Assembly (NCBI GenBank): GCA_004431415.1
Contig: QPMI01000279.1
Span: forward strand, 1 to 64,000
Direction of reading: 5' to 3'
Length of the DNA stretch: 64,000 nt
Origin: Cyanophora paradoxa CCMP329
Taxonomy: Eukaryota; Plantae; Glaucophyta
A model generated the notes under the pieces. It ran no database searches. It had not been told where the DNA came from and was given only the letters and a program-made list of their open reading frames with translations. Both the position numbers and the translations under genes were made by a program. Position 1 is the stretch's first letter. Each line of letters begins with the position of its first letter. Below, piece by piece: positions 54,301 to 64,000 of the stretch.

Positions 54301-56173
54301 ACGAGCACCCGGTGGGCCCCCAAGCGAGGGCCCCGGGGCCGCACGCCGCTGAGCTGACGGGCGCTTTGGCGCAGGGCCTGAACAACAACTTCCAGGTGAC
54401 GACGGGCTCGCCGCTCGCCATCCTCTACAACGACCGCTCGCCCCTCGAGTCCCACCACGTCGCCGTGCGGCCAAGCCCCGGCCTCTCGTCCGGCTCGCCC
54501 GGGCGCCCCGCTGAGCGCGGGGGGGCGCAGGCGGCGTGGCGCTCGATCCGGGAGCCGCAGCACGACTTCCTGCGCTCGCTGCCCAAGAGCCAGTACCGCG
54601 AGCTCCGCCGCCTCGTCATCGACATGGTGCCCCCCCCCCCCCCCCCCCCCCCGGGGCACGCCCCGCGCCGCCCCAGCCCCGCTCACCCCGCCGCCCCCGC
54701 CAGGTCCTCTCCACCGACATGGTACCCGGCCTCGGAGGGGCCCTCGCCCGCCGGCCGGCCGGCCCGCGCTGAGGCCGCCGGGGCGCGCAGACGCAGCACT
54801 TCGAGGTGCTGGGCCACTTCAAGCAGCGCGCCGCCGTCAAGTTCCGCTCCGACGCCGGCGCGCACCCCGTCTTACCCGTCCTGTCGCCCCCTCCCGCCCC
54901 GTCTGAGCCCCCCGTCTCTGCAGACGCCGCGAAGGAGGCGGCCAAGGAGGAGGCGTCCGGCAAGCGCGGCGGGCGCGACCTCAAGACGGCGGCCAAGGCG
55001 CGCCCGCCGCGCTCGCTGCACTCCAGCTCTGCACTGAATCTTGGGCGGGGGCGCAGTCGGTGCTGGCGAGCGTGCGGATGCGGCGGGTGAGCTCGCGGAA
55101 CCTGCGGCCTTCGTCGACGGTCGATGTCGCAAGCCAACGGGGCCTCGAGGCGCAGGCGCTGGGCGGCACCTTCAGCCTCAAGCAGGAGGCCGCCTCCATC
55201 GCGCGCTCGGCGAGCAGCGGGCACATCCCCGGCTCCGTCGCCGACCGCGCCGCCCAGGCCCTCGCCGAGATCAACCGCGCCTCGTGCGCCCCCGCAGCCC
55301 TGCCCCGCCCCGCCCCGCGCCGGCGCCGGCGCGACGGGGCGGGGCGGGGCGGCAGGTCGGCGGGCGAGGCGGGGCACGAGCCGGAGTGCCTGTTGCCGCC
55401 GGCCGAGGAGCTCGACGCCGACTCGCGCCGCCTCCTCGTCTCCACCGCCATGAAGGCCGGCCCCGCTCCCCGCCCCGCGCTCCCGCGCCGCCCTGCAGGC
55501 GGTCTGAGAGCGGCGGCTGCAGTGCGTGGACATCGGGCACGTCGCCAAGCCGATCGAGCTGCACAAGGAGTGGACCCGCCGCGTCCAGGACGAGTTCTTC
55601 GCCCAGGCGCGCCCCCCGGGCCCTCCCGCCCGCCCCGGCCCTGCCCCCTGAGCCACCCGCGCAGGGCGACCGCGAGCGGCAGCTCGGCCTCCCCATCTCC
55701 CCCTTCAGTGCGCCCCGCAGCGCACGCGTGCCCGCCCCCTCGGCGCCGGCCGCCTGAGCGCTGCGCAGTGGACAGGCAAACCACGCAGCTGGAGTCCTCC
55801 CAGATCGGCTTCTGTGCGCCGCCCGGGCCGGGCCGCCCCGCGCCGCGCGCCGTGCACTGCCTGATTGCGGCTGCGGCAGGCGACTTCATCGTCTTCCCGC
55901 TGTTCAACGCGTGGGCCTCCGTCTTTCCCTCCGCCGGCGAGCTACTGCTTCGCGGCGTCCAGGTGCCGGCCGCGCCGCTCCGCGGGGCCGGCGCCGGCTG
56001 AGCGGCCGGCAGCGCAACTACGCGTACTGGAAGGAGCGCAAGGCGGAGGCGGACGCCAAGGCGGCGGCGGCCGGGGGCACGGGGACGAGCCCCGACAAGG
56101 GCCCCGCCGGCGCCCTTGCGAGCCCCCGCGCGCGCTCGTCGAGCCTGGGGGCGGGCGGGAGCCCGCGGGGGCC

Positions 56174-56211
<38 letters not shown>

Positions 56212-56249
56212 CTAGCCCGCGGGCGGCGGCCACGACAAGCAGTGCCTAG
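51352..56249 (+). CDS. Class I 3',5'-cyclic-nucleotide phosphodiesterase with N-terminal transmembrane cassette
   Basis: NPYHNQIHAADV, IHDYEHPGLNN, LYNDRSPLESHH, VLSTDM, CVDIGH, EFFAQGDRE, SQIGF; several hydrophobic helices in the 5' exons. Confidence 0.9.
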
Positions 56250-59200
56250 AGACACTTAGTAGGCGCGTAGGACGCACTAGGGCAGGACAGCGCGCTGCGG
56301 CGCCCCGCAGCGGTAGGAGGTAACTCTTCGCATGTTTCATCAAACGCAGGCTTTCTTTCATCCGCAGCGACGTGCGAGGGGGCGGGGGCGAGAGGGGTCC
56401 AAGTCGAAGGGGCAGGTGCAAGGTGATCGGATGGGGATAGAGCAGGAAGTCGGATGGAGCGAGGAGGTTCGACGAAGAGATCGGGTGCGGGCGCGCGCGT
56501 CGTCGCGAGGGGAAGGGGGGCCAGTCGGGTGGCCGGTGACTCGTCAGCGGGACTCGCGGAGGCGGAGGAAAGGGTCGGAGCGGACGAGGGCAAGCCAGTC
56601 GGAGGAGCCCCTCGCCGCCGCTGCCGCCGCCGCCGGCGAGCTGCGCGCGCATGTGAGCCGCTGCCGGCCTTGGATGGTGGGAGGGGGCGGGCGCACGGGG
56701 GGGCGGGGGCCTCGGGGGGGCCGTGGCCCTGGCCGTGGCCCGGGGCGGCGGGGTCGGGCTTGGGGGCGCCGAGGGCCTCGAGGAGGTCCCACGTGGCGGC
56801 GTCGCGCGGGTGCGGGGCGGCGGCGAGGGCCTTCGCCCCCACGAGGCGCGTCTCGATGAAGGCCCAGTACTCGGCCGCCAGCGAGACGGGCAGGTCCATC
56901 CCCCGGTTGCTCGCCGAGACGGTGAGCGTGAGGGACGAGGGGTCCGCCTCGGAGACCTCCCCGTTGGGCGTGTCGAACCCGAGGCGCCGCAGGATGCGCT
57001 CCGACTCAGTCCGGTTGCGCAGCCGCCGCCGCGCGTCGTCCCCGGGGCCCCCGAAGAATGACCCCTCGATCTCGAAGGCGAAGCAGACCTGGTCCGGGGC
57101 CGGCGGGCCCGGCGCCTCCCCGCCCTCCTCCCGCTTGACGGCGGCGGGGGCGTGCGCCGGGCCGGCGGGGCCGGCGGGGCCGCGGGAGTACTTGTAGAGG
57201 AAGCGCGCCATCTCCTCCACGAGGCGCCGCGCGATGCGGTTCAGGCCCCGCGCGTCCACCGCCGCCTTCACCAGCTGCCGCCCCCGCGCCCCCTCAGCCC
57301 GGCCCGCGGCGGCGCGCCGGGGCCGGCCGGCAAGGGCGCGGGCGGCGCTCACCCGCTCGAGCTGGGCGCGGCGCAAGGGGAGCTCGCGGGCCTCGTACTG
57401 GCCGGCGCGCAGCTCGCGGACGGTCTCGAAGGGGGTCGGCTCGAGGGTGACGCGCCCGGCGGGGTCGACGGAGCGGGCGAGGCCGAGGCCGGCGGCGAAG
57501 GGCCGCGCCACCTCCGCCTCGAGCTGCACCGCGCAGCCGCGGTACAGCCGCTCCAGCACGCGGCACACCGTCTCGCTCCACACCCGCTCCACCAGCCTGC
57601 GCCCCCGCCGTCGGCGGCGGGGCGGGGCGCGAGGCGGCGCAGGTGGCCCTCCGCACCTGCGCCGGGCCTCCTTCTCCTCGGGCCCGCCCGGTGGCGGGGC
57701 GGGGAGGAAGAGGGGCGGGGAGCCGCCCTCCGGGGCGAGATCAAAGACGGCAGCCGGGGAGGGCGGGAATGGAGCCCCACAGGAGAGGATCAGGCGGGCG
57801 CGCAGCGGCGGCTTCGACGGGTCCCCCTCGTCCCGCAGCTCGCACAGCTCGCCTGCGCGCGCCTCGCAAGGAGCGCGAGCGCAGGGAAGAGCCGCGCACC
57901 CTCGCGCATGCCGCGGACGATGACTTCAGCCCCCGCCCCGAGCTCGGGCATCGCTGCCGGGGGTGAGAGGGGCGGCAGGGACGGCGCGGGGGGGGCCAGG
58001 CGGGCGCACGAGGCTCGAAGCCCGGGGAGAGAAGGCGGCGGCGGGGGTGGGACCCCGGCACCAGCACCTCCACTGCGGAGGGCTCAGCGGCCGGCGGCGC
58101 GGCGCACACGGGGGTCGGCGCACCGCAAAGGGCGTTGGAGGGCTTCGGCGGGTCCCCGCGCCCGTTCACGAGGATGCGCTTGGAGATGGGGATGGCCTGC
58201 AGGGGGCGGTGGTCCTGCCCCTGAGCCGCCTCTGCGCGGCGGCAGGGTGAGGCCGGGGGCGAGGGGAAGGAGGGGGGCGCACCCTCGGGCTCCAGGAGGG
58301 CCTCGAAGGGTGCGGGGCCGCACTCGGAGACGGCGCGGACGTTGGCGGGGGCGAGGAGCGCGGCGGGGACGCCCGGCAGCTGCGCGTTGTGGAAGATGCG
58401 GCGGTGCGCGATGACGACGCGGCGCAGGGGCGGGCGCGAGCCCGGCCACGCCGGCACCGCCTCGGCCGGCGGCTCCGCCTCCGCCGCCACGACCGAGCCG
58501 ACGAGGGCGACGCGGACGCGGGCGGGGCGCGTGGCCGGCGGGCTCGCCGGGGGCGGCGGGGCGGGCTGGCCGGGGCCGGGGGGCGGGGCGGGGTCGGGGA
58601 GGGCCTGGACGCCCCAGACGAGGAGGAGGAGGTCGCGGGGGGCCAGGGCGGCGAGCTCGCCGGGGACCTCCGCCTCGACGGCGCCCGTGAGGTACGAGAG
58701 CGCCAGCCGCGCCTTGTGCTCGTGCGTGTACGGCATCCGCACCGCAAAGTACCGCTGCGCCTCCCGCTCCGCCCCGGGCCCCCCCGCCCGCCCCTTCCGC
58801 CGCTTCCCCGCCCCCTGCGCCGCCTTCCCCGCAGTCAGAGCTCCAGCGCGGGACGCCGGCCCCCGGCCGCGGGGCGCCGGGCGGCGGGGGGATCGGAAGG
58901 GAATGGGAGAGGGTGGGGGGAAGGAGAGGGAGAGGGGGGGGCGGGCCTTGGCACAGGGGCCGCAGAGGAAGTCGGCAGAGGGCCGCGAGAGCGGCGGGAC
59001 GAGGCAGTAGCAGTGCCAGGCGGCGCCGCAGGCCCCGCAGCATACGAACGACTCCGTTTCGTTGATCCCCTCGCACGCCTGGCACGCCTGCGCCCGCGCC
59101 GCTCGCCGGCAGGCGCCCCCGGCTGCGGCGGGCCATGCGTACCAACGCGTCCGATGCGGAGCTGCCCTGCGACTTCGCGCTTCCGCTCGGGCGCTGCGGG

Positions 59201-59748
59201 CGGCATCAACGGCGGCTTCGCGGCGCCGTGTGAGCGCGGCGGCGCGCCTTCGGCTTCGGGGCCCTCCCTCGCTTCCGCTTCGTAAGGGGCCGGTCGTCGT
59301 CGTCATCGGGCGGGGGAGCGGCCGGCGCAGGCGCGGCCTGCCACTCCTCCTCGGGCGCGTTGCACGCGACTGCAGCGAGCGCCTCGTCCCACCTGCGCGG
59401 CCTAAGCAAGCGCAGCAGCGGCGGAACCGGAGCGCGACCGCGCTCACCAGGTGTCCGAGCATTTCCAAGTGTCTGGTAGCGAGCTTGGCTCCACGTCCGA
59501 CGGCAGCCTCCGCCATCTGGCCGGGAGAAGCTGAGCGGCGCATCGATCGGGGAGCGCGGGAGCATGGCGCACTTCCCGCAGCCATCGCACTGCACCCAGT
59601 TCAGTTCCGCGCCGGCGGCGCCCTCCATATTCCAGCAGCGCTAGGTCTCGACAATCGATACCCCTTCCGCGGCCCCGTCGATTTCCTTGACTCGCGGGTT
59701 CGAATCTTGGCTTGCTCCCTCTCCCTCAATCGAGCTCTCTCGATCCAT
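56246..59748 (-). CDS. zf-CW plus PHD finger chromatin-reader protein
   Basis: WVQCDGCGKWRRLP...WKC...CNAPEE (CW finger); CQAC...CCGACGAAWHCYCLVPPL...FLCGPC (PHD). C-terminal half unassigned and exon joins uncertain. Confidence 0.75.
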
Positions 59749-60184
59749 AGATCGACATCTTGCTCGAATCGGCCCGCAGTGCCCCGCACCCCAGAGGCGC
59801 ACAGCGGAGCGTGCACAGCTGCGCCCGAGGTCGGTTATCGTTGCACCATCGAGCGCTGCGCCCGAGGTCGGAACTCTTACTGAGCTACTAGTGATCGTAA
59901 TCGTAATCGCAGATCGTAATCGCGCGCCCCAGCTCGAGCTCGAGCTCATGTGAACTCTTATAAAAATTACTGAGCTACTAGTGATCGTAATCGTAATCGC
60001 AGCTCTCTAATCACAACCCCTGTGCAGGCTATGCGCAGGCCCTGAGGGGTTGGAGTGACACGTTCAAGTTCCACAACTATCGGTTGGACCCAGCAGCACC
60101 CAATCTCGTCGCGTAGATGACAGCAGTGCACGCTCGTAAGATCGCTAGAATACGCGCTCGCGCATAGTTGTCGCCACGTGTGTC

Positions 60185-63100
60185 ATGTACGATCAGCAGC
60201 ATGCTTGGGTCGCCTGCAAAATCCTGCGCTATCAGCGTGCGTTTCGTATTCCGAAAACCTGAACCCCCGGTTTCTTGACGAGCGCACGCAGCCGACAAGG
60301 AAGGCACCCACCCTCAGTGGAGGGAGGTGCAAGGGGAGCCAGAGCCTGGCGAGCGTGCGTGCTGCACCTTCGAGCTGCAGCTGTTCAGGAGACACAGGTC
60401 CGCTACGCGATCGTCCGGCGAAGGCGCGTGAGCGCGGGCTAAAGTCCAGGCGCTGCTCCGCAGGCTGGTCCTCGAGCCGCGGGTTCTTCCGCCCCAGTTT
60501 GCGGGCGGCGTCATCTGCGTGTCCATGGTGCAGTCGCTGACCGGCGCGCCGATCCTTGGGGAGAGCCGCCTCCTCATCGACTACGCGAGCCGCCCCAAGG
60601 ACGCTGTGCGCTGGCGGCGGGGACGCGGGTGGCCGCCGGCGGGGCGCCGACACCTGGGCGGGGCGGGCGCAGAAGGACGACGACGCGGGTCTGCGGGCGG
60701 CGGCGAAGCCGTCGATAGAGCTGCGGGTGGGCCCGGGCGGCGAGACTAGCGACTTTGGAGTCGCCATCTCGAGCCACCACTCGTCGCGGCGCGCAGAGCC
60801 TCGCCCTCTCGCTCACCCGCGCGCCCCTCTGAACCGCCTCTGCAGACGCCGTATGATGAAGTTCTGGCTGCGCGTCCACTGGCGCACCCCGGGGGACGCA
60901 GGGCTACCGCCTGCGCCCCCCGCCCCCGACGTCTTCGCGCCGTTCAAGCTCTATGTCGTGGCCAAGGTCAAGGCACGGCGCGCCTTCGTTCAGGAGCCGA
61001 TCGGCGGGGAGGCCTCCGAGGCCGCCCCCGGCCCCGCCCCGGGGCCCTCCTCCGCCCCCGCCTTGGCCACCGGGCAGGGCGCTCCCTCCGCGGGCCCCTT
61101 CCTTCTCTCCCCTGAGCACGTCGCCTTGATCCAGCAGTCCGCCGCCCAGTACACGCACCCCGTCGGCTTCTTCCACCCAGGGCCGCAAGCGCCGGTCGCC
61201 CAGCCGCCGCCGGCGCGGCAGGGCGGGCAGGGCCGGGCGGCGCCGCCGGCGAGCAAGCGGGCGCAGGAGGAAGGGGCCGAGGAGGGCCGCGGTGCGCCCT
61301 CCCGCAGGCGCCCCGAGGCCGCCGCGCCCGAGCCGCTGCCGCCGGGGCCGGGGCCGGCGCCGGCGCCGCCGGCGGAGGCGCCGCGGCCGGAGGGCCTGGA
61401 GGAGCGCTTCTCGCGCCTCGCGCTCGCGGCGACGGCGCTGGTGGCGGCCCCCGCGCCGCCGGCGACGGCGACAAGCGAGCAGGTCTCCTCGCTCAAAGGT
61501 GCCCCCCGACGGGCTCCCCGCTCCCCCCCCTCGCCCCCCGCCGAGGGCGTGTGCGGGGGCAGAGTACTCGGCGTCGCTGGACGCGTACTCGGGGAAGCTT
61601 GAGGCGATCGTCGCGCGCCTCGGCAGCTTCGGCCATGCCCGCGCCGAGGCGCCCGCCCCGCCCGCTCCGCCCCCCGCCCTCCCGCCCGACGTCCTCGGCA
61701 GGTCAAGGGCGAGCCGGAGGGGGACGATGCCTCCGCGGGGTGCGTCATCGCCAGACCCGCCGCACCGCGCCGCGCATGTCGCGTTGGAGCTGAGGCGCGC
61801 CCCCGCAGGGCGCCCGACGTCTACATGGACCTCATTGAGATTCACAGGCGGTGCGCGGCGCTCGGCTGGGCGGGGCCGGAGGGTGGCGGGGCGAGCGGGC
61901 GCGAGCGGGGCGGGGTGCAGGGTTCCGCTGGCGCACGACCTGATCGTCTCGCCGGCGGTGCCGCTGCTCGGGGAGGCGCCCCGCTTCCCCTGCCTCCTCG
62001 CCCCCGCCCAGGTCGTCTCCCTCGAGGAGCTCCTCCGCAGGGTTCGCCCGCCCCGCCCCGCCCCTCCCCCCGCCAACCGGCGGCGCAGCTTCACGCCGAG
62101 GCGGCGGCGGCGGGGACCCCCGAGGCGGCCGACCGGCTGCGCGACGCGATGTGCGCCCTCCGGCGGGCCGTGTTATGGGGGAGCGGGGCGCGTTGAGGCG
62201 GGCGGCAGGGCGGACGTGCGGGTGCTGGCGACGGGGATCGTGCAGGACGAGATGGGCGGCATCGAGTTCAAGGACATGCTGCAGGCGCCCAGCCCGCCCT
62301 CGGGGGCCCCCCATTCCCAGGCCTCACCCCACGGCAGACGGTGCGGGCCTCCCGGCGCTCCGACGCCGGCCCGCGGGCCGTCGTGACGACCCTCCTCCGG
62401 GCCGTCCTCGCGCGGTGCGGGCTCCGCCACGCGCACCTGCCCGCCCACTCTTACGCCGGCGCGCGCAGGCCGCCGAGCGCCATGGAGCCGTGCGCGGCCG
62501 CCGGGGGGGCGGGGCGGCGGGGGGCGGGGTGAGTGGCGGGGCGCAGGGGGGAGCTGGAGGCGTGCGCGCGGCAGGCGACGGCCTTCCTCGAGTGCGGCGC
62601 CTCCATCTCCCGCAGCGCCGTGCGCCCCGGCCCGGCCCGCCCCGGCGCGGCGCGCCCCGCGGGGGCCGAGCGGGGCGCAGATGGACCTCTGGCTGCTCGA
62701 CGCCGACTCGATCGACGCGCTGGCCTCGCTGCTGCTGGAGGCGACGGCGCTGCTCGGGGAGCCCGAGGCGGCGGCCCGCGCCGCGGCGGCGACGGGCTTC
62801 GCGATGGCCCTCGTGCGCCACACCTTCGACGACGCCCTCCTCCACCGCCTCCTCGAGGCCTGGGAGGCCCTCCGCCGGACCGGCCGCGTCCCCTCCCGCG
62901 CCGAGGTCGAGCTCCTGCGCGCCACCATGCAGACCCTCATGCGCCTGTCCGCCCCTCCCCCTCCCCCCTCCTCCCCGGGGCCGAGCGGAGCGGGGCAGGT
63001 CGGCGGCGAACGGGGACCGGTACGAGGTAGTCACGCGGCACGTCTCCCTCGCCCTCTACTGTGCCCCCGCGCCCCGCCCCGCCCCGCCCCGCCGCCGCGG

Positions 63101-63643
63101 CGCGCCGGGGCCGAGAGGCGGGGCGGCAGGGTACGCGGGCGGGGAGATGCGGGACAGGCTGAGCGAGGTGGTGATGCGGCACCAGCTGGCGCACCTGGCC
63201 CGGGCGCAAGGCCAGCGGGGGGCGGACAAGCAGTACGAGGAGCTCGAAGCGCTCGTCTTCTGCGAGCCCCCGCCCCGCGCCATCCACTGCGCCGCCTCCT
63301 TCGCCATCCTCCACTACGACCAGATCGTCCACTGCGTCAAGAACCGTCCGCCCCGCCCCGCCCCGCCCCGCCTCCCCCGCCCGGCAACGAGCGCCGGGGC
63401 GGCAGTGAACATCGTGCGGGCGGTGGGACTGCTGCGGGCGCACCTCGCCTTCGAGCGGCGCTTCCGCATGTACCACCACGCCGCCGACGACTGGGTGAAC
63501 GTCATGAGGCGAGCGGCCCGCCGCCCCTCTGCCTCGGGAGGGGCCGCCGAGCCGGGGGCGGGGGCCAGGTACTGGTGGCGGAGCTGGAAGCCGACGACCC
63601 TCGTGCGCGTCATCCGCGTCCTCGCCGCCCTCTACCGGGTCCG

Positions 63644-63674
<31 letters not shown>

Positions 63675-64000
63675 GCGCCCTGGTAGGACGCTGGGCGAGG
63701 CGGGGCGGGGCGGGGGCGCAGATGCTGGGTTCTGGGAGGAGTCGCCCCACTCGGCGCACCTGCTCTTCGCCCTCGGCGACCTCTCCGCCGCCACCGGCGA
63801 CCACGCCCGCGCCCTCGAGGCCCGCCCGCCCCCGCCCCGCCCCCGCCGTGGCCCCGCCCTCCCTCACGCCCGGCTCGCGCGCACAGGCCTTCGAGGAGTG
63901 CATCCAGATCTACGGCCTCTTCGACGCCTTCTTCCCCCCGACTGCCGCCGCGTGGCCGCCGCCCGCGCCGCCCTCGAGACGAGCCGGGCGGCCGTCGCCG
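60185..64000 (+). CDS. Hypothetical multi-exon protein, helical C-terminal region (runs off window end)
   Basis: Many high-GC3 exons bounded by GT/GC-AG introns (e.g. MKFWLRVHW, YEVVTRHVSLALY, YDQIVHCVKN); no family recognised. Confidence 0.5.

Overview
Gene-dense, very GC-rich eukaryotic nuclear DNA with about 23 protein-coding genes split by many short (about 50-115 nt) introns, so most ORF-track entries are shadow or partial frames. Plastid transit peptides with Phe at position 4 (MAAF-, MEAF-), flagellar genes (TTC29, ODF3-like) and a peptidoglycan-type RlpA gene point to a flagellated photosynthetic protist, most plausibly a glaucophyte such as Cyanophora (inference). Clear genes: PHF5A, plastid PHT4/SLC17 transporter, RlpA-like, EEP/CCR4-like, ODF3-like, syntaxin-16, ATP-grasp+SET fusion, THUMP protein, DCAF4-like, cystatin, TTC29, beta-carotene hydroxylase, permuted NlpC/P60, SKP1, RPT5, Shewanella-like phosphatase, membrane-bound cyclic-nucleotide PDE and a zf-CW+PHD protein. 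Most notable: (1) a roughly 7.8-kb low-GC gene joining ankyrin repeats, two AP2-like domains, a SET domain and SUMO-interaction-like motifs; (2) a textbook U12-type AT-AC intron inside the bacterial-type RlpA gene; (3) a membrane-anchored zeta(CDCA)-like carbonic anhydrase with one dead and one intact repeat and an NPF tail; (4) a head-to-tail tandem insertion with GCC at all three junctions that interrupts a reading frame; (5) frequent GC-AG introns and nine compact head-to-head gene pairs. All gene models were spliced by eye and all family assignments come from motif recognition, not database searches.
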